Assembly (NCBI GenBank): GCA_002502245.1
Contig: DAPW01000017.1
Coordinates: 39,105-103,104 of the forward strand
DNA: 64,000 nucleotides
Direction of reading: 5' to 3'
Origin: Methanoregula sp. UBA154
GTDB taxonomy: Archaea > Halobacteriota > Methanomicrobia > Methanomicrobiales > Methanospirillaceae
Of this stretch, positions 9,209 to 17,918 are shown piece after piece. The notes beneath the pieces were generated by a model that saw only the letters and a program-made list of their open reading frames with translations, made no database searches and was not told the origin of the DNA. Position 1 is the stretch's first letter; each line of letters opens with the position of its first letter. The position numbers and the translations under genes were made by a program.

Positions 9209-9825
9209 ACGGTATGGCCAATCAGGGCGAGGAGTTTCCGTGCCCAGGTGAGTTTCCCGCGTTTCATCGGGTCCACGTTCTCGTCATCAAGGTCAAAACC
9301 GATGAGGGTGATGGAGGATGCCCCCAGTTCGTCCGCGGCAAAGACCGCCCGGTCGCCATCAGAAAAGCCGCCGAAGTTGTACACGTGGGGGAGTGGTGCT
9401 GCCTGCGTTGTCCCGACGACCTTGCCTTTGAAACGCGGCACCCAGTGGTTCAGGAGCGGCATATTGTCCCCGTGTGCATGGATCACGACGATGGTCCCCT
9501 CTTTGTTCAGCTCGATGATCCGGTCGGTTGTCCCGTCAAGGTCCGTAAATATCGCATCCACAAAGATACCGTGGGAGTCGAGCACCTCGGCAGCGGCATC
9601 CGCGGCAAAGACGATGCCTTTGATCTTTCCGAGCTCGTCCTTGAGACAGGGGGCGTTCCCGCAGACCGTCACCTCGTTCTCCTCAGTGAGTGATGCAAGG
9701 GAGAGGAGGTTGTCCTGAGGAAGGAGGGCAGAAAGGAGCCGGGCTGCCTCCTCATCTTCCGCACGGTCGAATCCGAAATACTCAACTATCTCCCGGTAGT
9801 GGGGTTCCCATTCAGTGAAATTCAT
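9205..9825 (-). CDS. mptE: 6-hydroxymethyl-7,8-dihydropterin pyrophosphokinase (MptE/DUF115)
   Basis: AADAA, TDLDG, HAHGDN, NFGGFSDGDRA and GFD motifs of archaeal MptE. Confidence 0.85.
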   Translation of the reverse strand: MNFTEWEPHYREIVEYFGFDRAEDEEAARLLSALLPQDNLLSLASLTEENEVTVCGNAPCLKDELGKIKGIVFAADAAAEVLDSHGIFVDAIFTDLDGTTDRIIELNKEGTIVVIHAHGDNMPLLNHWVPRFKGKVVGTTQAAPLPHVYNFGGFSDGDRAVFAADELGASSITLIGFDLDDENVDPMKRGKLTWARKLLALIGHTV

Positions 9826-9902
9826 GATAAATCCTGCCTTTATTCTTGCCTTTGGCCATATCCGTGAGCTGCATAACCCGGTGAAGAGCAGGTCTCAGGA
9901 TT

Positions 9903-11372
9903 TCAGGCGCCATTCTTCTTTCCTTCGTTCTCGAGGCCGACGAGATCCCGGAACTTTTTTAACACCGGCTCGATCACGATCTCGAGCAGCCGGGCCTTGT
10001 CCTCCACTTTCCCGAAGTAATGGAGCGGGAGGGTGGCGGCGGCCATGTTCGGGTGGCCGCCGGCATCGCCCATGTCACCGAACGCCTCGGACAAGGCATT
10101 GCCGATATGGAGACGGATGTCACGGTTTCGGGCCGAGATCACGATCGCATTGTCAGTGATACCGTACACGAGTGCGGTGTTCACTCCCTCGAGCGTGATG
10201 AGGATATCTGCTGCCTGCGGGAGGGCGTCGCGGTTCATCACGTAACCCACGTTCGCGAAGAGGTACCCGCTCTGGATCTTCCGCCGGGTGATGGCAGTGC
10301 CGATAACGTCGAGCGTTTCCTGCGACATGGACGGGGACATGATCTTGTCAAGCAGGTCGGCATCGGTCAGCGGCAGCAGGAAACCGGCATAGCTGAGGTC
10401 CTGCGGGGTGACGTTGCGTTTGAACTCCTTTGTGTCCGTGCGAATACCATAAAGGAGGGCAGTAGCAACCCGTTTTCCCACCGGCACATCGAGCTCCTGC
10501 AGGTACTGGGTCATGATGCTTGCTGTTGCCCCGACACCGGGGCGGATATCGACAAAACCGCCCGGTGTCGCGACATGTTTTCCTTCCCGGTGGTGGTCGA
10601 TGATGATGCTGATCTTTGTCTGGGGGGGGACATCGTTGTTCGCGCCCGGCCCCGCACAGTCGACAAGCGCAAGGTAGCTGCATTCCGCAAGCGCCTCAGC
10701 GGTCAGGTGCTCCAGCTTGATATCGAGCAGGTTCACGAACGTGCGGTTCTCCTGGTGGCCGATATTTCCCTCGTAGAAGATCCGGGTGACAAGCGTTTTG
10801 CTGTTGGCCTGTTTTGCGATCTCGGCAAGTGCCATGGCAGAAGAGATCGCGTCCGGATCCGGGTTCTTGTGGGTGATGATCCCAAGCGTCCCTTCCCAGC
10901 CGGCGATTAAGGAGAAGAGGCGCTGCGAGATCCGGCTTGCGTGTTGTTTTTTCACCTGGAGGATCGCCTGTCGTGCCACCACTTCCTGCGGGTAGAGGAC
11001 AAAATCCGCCCCGGCCGCGGTCAGCTTCTGGCCGTTCACCGGATCGGTCGAGCGGGCAACGACCTGCACCGACGGGTAGCGCTTCCTGATAGTGAGGACT
11101 GCCGCGAGGTTCGCATCGCCGTTCCCGGTCATCACGAACGCGATCTCGAACGGGGGGAGCCCGGCAAGCAGGTCGGGCGAGGTTATATCACGTTGGTACG
11201 CATCGAACTTCTGGTCGCGGAGGTGGCGGACGCGGGTCTCGTCCTTGTCAGCCACGATCACGCGCTCGTTCTCCTTTGCCAGCTCGAGAATGATGTTGTA
11301 ACCGTTCGTCCCGCACCCGAAAATGCAGTATTTTACCGGTCCCGGCTGCTCAAACGGGGCTTCCTGCGGCAT
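9903..11372 (-). CDS. TrkA-N (RCK) domain fused to a DHH/DHHA1 phosphoesterase
   Basis: N-terminal GCGTNG Rossmann motif; HKNPDPDAISS, IDHH, GIRTDT and GGH motifs. Confidence 0.9.
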   Translation of the reverse strand: MPQEAPFEQPGPVKYCIFGCGTNGYNIILELAKENERVIVADKDETRVRHLRDQKFDAYQRDITSPDLLAGLPPFEIAFVMTGNGDANLAAVLTIRKRYPSVQVVARSTDPVNGQKLTAAGADFVLYPQEVVARQAILQVKKQHASRISQRLFSLIAGWEGTLGIITHKNPDPDAISSAMALAEIAKQANSKTLVTRIFYEGNIGHQENRTFVNLLDIKLEHLTAEALAECSYLALVDCAGPGANNDVPPQTKISIIIDHHREGKHVATPGGFVDIRPGVGATASIMTQYLQELDVPVGKRVATALLYGIRTDTKEFKRNVTPQDLSYAGFLLPLTDADLLDKIMSPSMSQETLDVIGTAITRRKIQSGYLFANVGYVMNRDALPQAADILITLEGVNTALVYGITDNAIVISARNRDIRLHIGNALSEAFGDMGDAGGHPNMAAATLPLHYFGKVEDKARLLEIVIEPVLKKFRDLVGLENEGKKNGA

Positions 11373-11473
11373 GGTACAGAAGATGTATCATTCCACGGTA
11401 TTAAGGGATTCCAACTGATTGTTTCCAAAACCTTTATTCGGCATCATCGACCACATTATCAGGCAACAGGCAT

Positions 11474-11547
11474 GGGTCTGTAGCTTAGTTCGGCATAGCG
11501 GCGGACTCTTAATCCGCAGGTCAAGGGTTCAAATCCCTTCAGGCCCG
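11474..11547 (+). tRNA. tRNA-Lys (anticodon CTT)
   Basis: Acceptor stem GGGTCTG/CAGGCCC, anticodon arm GCGGA-CT-CTT-AA-TCCGC, T-loop GGTTCAAATCC. CCA is not encoded. Confidence 0.96.
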
Positions 11548-11884
11548 TTTTATGTATCGTTTCTGACTCGCACAGAGTCGTATTTGATATTTCATCTGGT
11601 TTACACTCATAATTCTTTATTTGGGTTATGTCGGATTCGACTTTTACCAAATTCAACGATTGAAACTCGTTCGATTCTCTTGATAGGAGATATTCACTAT
11701 CGATTTTGAATAGGGAAACAGGTTACCCGATCAGTGCGCCTTTTTCAATTCCGCGGTGGCGGACAGAATGTACCGGAAAGCGGACTGATGCCGGAAATGC
11801 TGCCGGTGCTCTCCTGTGGGAGAGGACGGTATCAGATCGCTGGGTATTTTACCCAATGGCAAGAAAGAATCCTCCGGAGGTCTC

Positions 11885-12463
11885 ATGACCATGAAGTTTG
11901 CAGGCAGCAAGACAGAGAGGAACCTGCTCGCAGCATTTGCCGGCGAGTCCCAGGCACGGAACCGTTACACATTCTTTGCGAGTGCCGCAAAAAAGGAAGG
12001 ATATGAACAGATCGCAGCGCTCTTCCTCAAGACCGCGGAAGAGGAGAAGGAGCACGGGAAACTCTTTTTCAAGCAGCTGAAAGGCGGCGAGGTGGAGATT
12101 TTGGCCGCTTACCCGGCGGGCATGATCGGCACCACGGAGGAGAACCTTGCTGCTGCCGCTGCGGGCGAGAAGATGGAGTGGGGCACGCTCTATCCCTCAT
12201 TTGCAACAACTGCGGACAAGGAAGGATTCAGGGATATCGCCCACCTCTTCCGGATGGTGGCACAGGTAGAAGCACACCACGAGGCCCGGTATGCAAAACT
12301 CCATGCAAACTTAGTGAAAGGGACCGTCTTCACATACGGTACACCCGTAAAATGGTACTGCCGGAACTGCGGCAACGTGCAGGTGGGGAAGGAGGCGCCG
12401 GAAAAGTGCCCGGTCTGCGACCACCCGCAGGCATATTACGAGCTCGCAGCGGGGAATTACTGA
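11885..12463 (+). CDS. rbr: Rubrerythrin
   Basis: AFAGESQARNRY, EKEH and EAHH diiron motifs, plus a C-terminal CRNC/CPVC rubredoxin domain. A GGAGG RBS precedes ATG 11885. Confidence 0.95.
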   Translation: MTMKFAGSKTERNLLAAFAGESQARNRYTFFASAAKKEGYEQIAALFLKTAEEEKEHGKLFFKQLKGGEVEILAAYPAGMIGTTEENLAAAAAGEKMEWGTLYPSFATTADKEGFRDIAHLFRMVAQVEAHHEARYAKLHANLVKGTVFTYGTPVKWYCRNCGNVQVGKEAPEKCPVCDHPQAYYELAAGNY

Positions 12464-12513
12464 ATTCTTATTTTTCAGGATATGATTTTCCGATCCGGGA
12501 TCGCCCGGCGGGT

Positions 12514-13182
12514 TTAATCGATCCAGCCCAATTTCACCCACCGCTCATACTCATCGGTGCGGAAATCCCGGTTTTCGATCACAAAATCCCGGAAAAAATC
12601 ACGGTTGCCGGCGATCTCCGCTTCCTGGTCCGGATCGGCAAAGCCTTTCCTGATCGCTTCGGTAAGTTTTTTCCCGAGCGCCCTTGCAGAAGCGTCCGCT
12701 CCATCAACGGCTCCCGCGTCCCCGCTGGTTGCAACACTGAGTCCGCCAACAGCGATAACGCCAAGGTAATTGAGGACATGGTTCTGGTACGCCACCACCT
12801 CATTCCCCCCGGACGTGTGCGTGGTCGCAACCGAGCAGCCGTATTTTCCTGCCAGCAGCTGGTAATGGATCGCGTCCGCGAGCCGGTCAAAGAAGATCTT
12901 CATCTGGCCCGAGATGTTGTCGATATAGACCGGTGATGCGAACACGATCCCGTCCGCCCCGTTCATCCGCTCAACGAGGAGCGGGACATCGTCCTCGAAC
13001 ACGCAGATCCCGTTGAATGAGCAGCCCTCGCAGGCCGTGCAGGGTGTGATGCGGAGGTCGCAGAGGTCGATCATCTCTGTCTCTGCGCCGGCTTCTGCCG
13101 CTCCTTCAAGTACGAACTGTGCGAGTCTTCGCGAGGTGCTCCGGACGGCCCGGGGGCTCCCGTTGATGGCAAGAATTTTCAT
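12514..13182 (-). CDS. Iron-sulfur flavoprotein (Isf) / flavodoxin family
   Basis: INGSPR, CTACEGCSFNGIC (CX2CX2CX5C) and ASPVY..SGQMKIFFDR. Confidence 0.9.
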   Translation of the reverse strand: MKILAINGSPRAVRSTSRRLAQFVLEGAAEAGAETEMIDLCDLRITPCTACEGCSFNGICVFEDDVPLLVERMNGADGIVFASPVYIDNISGQMKIFFDRLADAIHYQLLAGKYGCSVATTHTSGGNEVVAYQNHVLNYLGVIAVGGLSVATSGDAGAVDGADASARALGKKLTEAIRKGFADPDQEAEIAGNRDFFRDFVIENRDFRTDEYERWVKLGWID

Positions 13183-13283
13183 GGCGATACACTGCTCCTG
13201 CTCAGGAGATGGGATGTGGGTGATTTTCCTATTTCGGATATGAGAAAACCGGCCGGGACCGGAAATTACAGAACGGTAAAAAT

Positions 13284-13565
13284 TTATTTTTTCCGGATAC
13301 CTTCAATCTTGTCACCGATAAATGTACCGAGGATGAAGATGATCAAAAAGATGAAGATCTCGAACACGATGCCCAGGATTCCGGGGAAACCGAAATCGAT
13401 ACTCAGGTACCGCGCGGCAAGCGCGAAGATGATCCCTAAGAGGACGCCGGCAAGAGCGCCATTTTTAAGAAGACCGATGTAGTCTTCCTTTCCGTGGTGA
13501 ATGAAGCCAAAGACAATCCCCAGGATCAGATTCAGTAGTATCAGACTCAGTAGTTCAAGCAACAT
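13284..13565 (-). CDS. Small three-TM membrane protein
   Basis: Three hydrophobic helices with a HHGKEDY loop; probable start MLLELL at 13565. Confidence 0.7.
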   Translation of the reverse strand: MLLELLSLILLNLILGIVFGFIHHGKEDYIGLLKNGALAGVLLGIIFALAARYLSIDFGFPGILGIVFEIFIFLIIFILGTFIGDKIEGIRKK

Positions 13566-14069
13566 ACCAATTCTCTCAATCAAGGCAGTATTGCTTCCCC
13601 CCATAAAAAAAGGTTCTGGAAGCGTCCGGACAGATTTACGGGATTTTCCAAGGGTTTGTCATGTATCGAGAGCGAAAAATCCATCGAGGTCATCCGGTAG
13701 CACTCCAGCAACACCATCCCCACATATCCTCCCGTCAAACTCCCTGTTTTCTCTCATTTCTCCGTCGGAGAACCGTGATTTCGGCCATAGCGGGCACCAG
13801 TTGGAAGAACATCCGCCAAAACCTCTTACCGGTTGTGCCATTTTTCCAAATCAGCCCAAGCCCGCAATATTGCACGGTTTTTTTCTGATGAACAGGAGTA
13901 TTTTCCGAAAAATGCCGGTAATAATGGCAATCTTGTCGGGCGTTGGCACCATTCCCACCGGAAAGATTCCCGGGCAAGACCCCGCTCCGGGCTTCTCCAT
14001 AGGAGCGTGGGTCACAAAAAGGGTATCTCCCCGGACTCCCTTTTCCAGGGACCTCCGTCGAAAAGTATC

Positions 14070-14444
14070 GCAACGAACCTGCGGGTTATGGTATGTATCG
14101 GGGTTCCGCAATTCAACATCCATGACCGCGACTGCATGGCTACCAGGCCGGCGCCAGACACATTCATTCTGTGTGCGGGGCCGGAACTCTCGGAAGATGT
14201 ACAGGGAAAAAAAGACCGCGAAGCCGGTGATCTCGCCCGGAAAAAGACCCTCATACATTTTTTCCGGGCGATCCGGTACCGGGTAAGCCGGACTTTAACG
14301 AGACGGATCGATTGCGGTTTGAAGATATCAAAGGCGGAACCGAGGTCCGTATGCGGATTATCGATCCAGCGGCAGCCCATCCGCTCGATAAATCCTTTTC
14401 TTCCCTGATAACCCTGTCAGGTTTTTCCCGCGGGTCCTGGACAC
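14070..14444 (-). pseudogene. Frameshifted hypothetical protein, possible PD-(D/E)xK-like fold
   Basis: A GGAGG RBS and GTG at 14444 are followed by protein-like text spread across frames (FIERMGCRWIDNP..FDIFKPQSIRLVKVR / YEGLFPGEITG / YIFREF..WRR). Confidence 0.35.
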
Positions 14445-14495
14445 GTAACCTCCCCGGAATTTCCCTGAGCGGTCATGCAGTTTCGTCAGTTTAAA

Positions 14496-14846
14496 TCATG
14501 GGAGGGTTACAAACACCTGCCGCCAGACTTTTTTCCCGAGAACCCGGGTCCGGTGCCCCTGCCCGGTCAGGTCTTCTGCAAGCAGGATATCCCCCTTGCG
14601 GAGCACCCGTTTCTCACCGCTTCCGACTTCAATCTCGGCTTCGCCGTCAATGGTGATCACGTATTCCCTGCATACGACATTGTGCCACGCATATTCCCAG
14701 ACCGGTGGAATCTCACGGAAGAAGACCGACTTGGCCGGCTCTGGTATCGTGAAGAGACCGAAATCCCCCCGGGACTCGAACGGCACTTCAATTTCCTCAA
14801 AATAAGACCGGTTATCAGTTCCGGTGGAGAGTCGTGTTATCTTCAT
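14496..14846 (-). CDS. Cupin-domain protein
   Basis: WHN..EYVITIDGEAEIEVGSG..GDILLAEDLTGQGH cupin motifs; start trimmed to MKITRL. Confidence 0.8.
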   Translation of the reverse strand: MKITRLSTGTDNRSYFEEIEVPFESRGDFGLFTIPEPAKSVFFREIPPVWEYAWHNVVCREYVITIDGEAEIEVGSGEKRVLRKGDILLAEDLTGQGHRTRVLGKKVWRQVFVTLP

Positions 14847-15268
14847 AGGCATTTTCCCTGAAACGATCGTGTACCTCAAAAAGGGAAAAACCAATGCTTT
14901 TTTCTCAAGGCCGGCCTGGGTACGTTGCCTGGCACCACCACCACCCATACCCGGTCCTTCATGGCCTCCGGGAAATGGTGGGCATCGATCCACATCGCAT
15001 CGTACTCCCCGTAGTTGAAGTACGTCACTCCGTCCACCCGTTGCCGGTATTCAAGGATAGTTCAAGATGCAGGGAACAAAACTAATCATCCCGGGGGAGC
15101 ACCGTGCCGGATACCAGAATTTCCGGAACTCGCAAAAAAAAGAATATGTTCCGGTTTTTATATGATGGTTACTTCATGTCATACAGCTTACAGGTATATG
15201 GTAATCCGTTCCAGCACCAGACCTCATCTGGTGACCGGATCCGGGTATTCCTGATAAGAGGTAAAACT

Positions 15269-15538
15269 GTGGAAGCCATATCCTTTGAAGTCCCGCAGGT
15301 CTTTGTGCCTGATCCCATCCATATCCATATTCTCCAGGCAGTGTCCGACAAGCAGGGCTGCCACATAGGCCATGTGGTCCAGCAGCTGCTCCCCACACAC
15401 GGGGAGAGTGGTGTCAGATCCGGTATCCGGGTCTTACTCTCCAAGCGGTTTCTCGACGGAGGAAAATCCTCAAGCGAGATTGTGCTCCGGCTGACCTCGA
15501 AAGGCCGTGTCCTGCTCCAGAAAGCAGACGCAAGTTAA
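15269..15538 (+). CDS. Small hypothetical protein, winged-helix-like
   Basis: GAGG RBS before GTG 15269. The C-terminal LRLTSKGRVLL resembles a wHTH wing (LTxxG). Confidence 0.55.
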   Translation: MEAISFEVPQVFVPDPIHIHILQAVSDKQGCHIGHVVQQLLPTHGESGVRSGIRVLLSKRFLDGGKSSSEIVLRLTSKGRVLLQKADAS

Positions 15539-15581
15539 TCTGCACAATCCGCTCAGGAACTTCGTTGCCGGTCAGCACGAG

Positions 15582-15883
15582 CTACGCCAGCCCGAGCAGG
15601 ACCAGCACCACGATTGCGATCAGGATCTTCAGGTACGGGAGCCTTGCCCCCGTTTTCTTTTCCGGCCTGTGCCGTTGTTCCAGCGCGACTCCGCCAGTTG
15701 CCGTCACACCACCGCCCCGGCCGTAGTTCATACTGACGTTCGGCCGTGGTTTACCTTCCAGCTGCCGATACCGGTGCAGGCATGGCTGGGCGGCAGACGA
15801 CAATCCGGACAGCATAGTCCGCCACCGTGCCGGCAGGTGAAGGGGAAAATGCACTCGTTGCCGCAGTGGTCGCAGCGGGCCAT
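15582..15883 (-). pseudogene. AN1-type zinc-finger membrane protein, frameshifted
   Basis: MARCDHC..PFTCRHGGGLCCPDCRLPPSHAC (one AN1 Cys lost) shifts frame into KPRPNVSMNYGRGGG...ILIAIVVLVLLGLA, ending in TAG. Confidence 0.65.
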
Positions 15884-16388
15884 AGTACGTGCTTTCGATG
15901 AGCGGCTATCAGTAATACAGCTCCTGCCCAACGTGTTCGGAAGAAGAGCAGATCGATATCAGGGTTGTCAATATGCGGAAAAAAGCAGACCTGATCCATG
16001 AGCTGCTTTCCTGCAAGGTCTTTGCGCAGATGAACGATTACCTCTTCAGGCTTATGAAAGAAAAACGCATGGTTGTCTGGCACCTGCATTCAGGGCAGAT
16101 TTAAATTCGAACTGCGCGATCAGATACTCGGTCCGGAGGAGTGAACATCATCCTCTTTGCCCGGGACATGGAACACCGGCCGGTCTGTTCAGAAGTGTGC
16201 AGTGCGATACTGATAGAAACGAAAGATACCGTGAATACCGGTACTTCTAGTGGTGAAATGACGGACACCGTCCATACGTTGATCTGACCATTCCTGACCC
16301 TCTTTCTGAGCCGGCAACATCAGGGAGAGGAATCCCCTGGATTACTGGAGCAAACGCCTTATGCCGTATCACACCGGATGATTATATT

Positions 16389-16763
16389 ATGGGGCAGTAC
16401 GTGAACGGCGATGTCCTTCTTGCTTCGGTTGCGCTGGATGACCGGACCGCACCCAAGATCCGGCCGGTGGTGGTGATAGGGACAGACGGGCCCGGCAGAG
16501 TCCATATCTGCCCCGTCAGCAGTAAACCGCCCTCCGATGCACCCAGCCTGCCGCTCTCTCTTGACGATTTTGCCACCGGGGGACTTGACCTGTTCGGTGA
16601 GAGCTACGTGATGATGTCACGGGTGCTCACGCTCCTGAGCAGGGACATTATTGGGAAGAAAGGCCGGCTCACACCAGAAGCGCTTGCGGATATTGCCGAC
16701 CGGGTACCTGCTGTTTTCCTGGACGGAAGACCGCATAAGAAATCCGGCCGGCCGCACCACTGA
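16389..16763 (+). CDS. PemK/MazF-family protein
   Basis: GDVLLA..KIRPVVVIG..ICPVSSK..SYVM..IGKKGRL matches the PemK/MazF pattern. Confidence 0.8.
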   Translation: MGQYVNGDVLLASVALDDRTAPKIRPVVVIGTDGPGRVHICPVSSKPPSDAPSLPLSLDDFATGGLDLFGESYVMMSRVLTLLSRDIIGKKGRLTPEALADIADRVPAVFLDGRPHKKSGRPHH

Positions 16764-17258
16764 CCGCGAATGCGCTTCCCACCGGTCTTCACATGCAAAG
16801 GCCGGGCAACCGGTATAGTCATTTCCTCCCCTCATATAGTACTGATAGCGAAGGCTGCGATGAGGACGATGATGCCAAGGGAAAGGGATTGCCTGACACA
16901 TCACCAGCAGCTTCCCTTTTTTTTTAAGAGGCCCTGCGTGTTGACAAAGGTCCGCACGAGGTCGAGAGCGTAACTGCAAGAAATTGATAATCGATGAGAG
17001 CAGGTGTCCAGTGCTCCCGGCCATTCACCTTGTCAGCTGTCTGGGGTAAGGGAACGTTGATGATCATGCCGCCAGCCGGATATGACGGCTGGTGTTAAAG
17101 CATCTGTCACACGGCAGAATATCCCAAAGGAAAAATACAGAACCGCCAGGTAAGGGCTGCACCCAGCGGGTACAGGAGCTGCCCCTGCCGGCTCCACAGG
17201 GTTGCCCCCACGAGGACAACATCGTACACCATCCGGAAGAGCAGGATATTATGGTACA

Positions 17259-17591
17259 CTATGAAGAAGTTCCTGATAAGGTGCTTTTTTCCGCCCGTAT
17301 CAGGACGGATGTGATACCCACGGGAAGGTCCAGCGAGATGATGAGGTCATGCAGGTGATCAGCCCTGAGCCAGATCGTTCCACCGGGTATCCCCGGAAGT
17401 ACCATGGCGCTTGCGAAATCAGCCGAATCCGCCATTTTTCTCATCCCTTCAAAAGAGAGCGATGGTGTCTGGAGATCTGCCAGGATATCTTCAGAGTCCC
17501 CCGCAACCAGGAGAAGGAGGGTGATGCGACTGGCGGTCCGGTCGGTCAGGGGAAATGAAATTCCCTGGCGGAAGGCGTGGATCGGTTCCAT
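17259..17591 (-). CDS. Hypothetical protein, possibly a fragment of a decayed membrane-protein gene
   Basis: 110-aa ORF with no recognised motif. Hydrophobic text continues in another frame downstream (about 17110-17260). Confidence 0.25.
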   Translation of the reverse strand: MEPIHAFRQGISFPLTDRTASRITLLLLVAGDSEDILADLQTPSLSFEGMRKMADSADFASAMVLPGIPGGTIWLRADHLHDLIISLDLPVGITSVLIRAEKSTLSGTSS

Positions 17592-17918
17592 GCGCTTCCT
17601 GTCCGGATGATAGACCGGAGAAGCAGATCCGGATTTTGGTGCGTTACCAGATGCCCGGGGAAGAATTAAAGCTTACCGGGTTTTCAGGTTATTTCCTGTT
17701 CCTTCAGGCATCTCTTCCCGGGAAAAGACAGGATCTCACTCCGGTTTATTTCATGGGATAAGGCCCGGCTTCTGCTCCGTTCCTGGATCTGAACCGGAAA
17801 AAGCCGGTACGGGATCTTCCCTGACCGGGGGGTCACCTCTTGAAATGTTCCTTTGTTCTTCGGGAGCCATCTGGAATGCATCAGTATCCTTATTATCCGG
17901 TGCGATAAGGTTGTTGAG

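Noticed and set aside
17551-17564. GGAA-N6-TTCC match to the NrpR operator consensus
   Set aside because: It is a single 8-bp-specificity match expected by chance in 64 kb, and it is not at a nitrogen-gene promoter.
11548-17800. Intact integrative element or provirus at tRNA-Lys
   Set aside because: I saw no integrase, replication or capsid genes and no att duplication of the tRNA 3' end.
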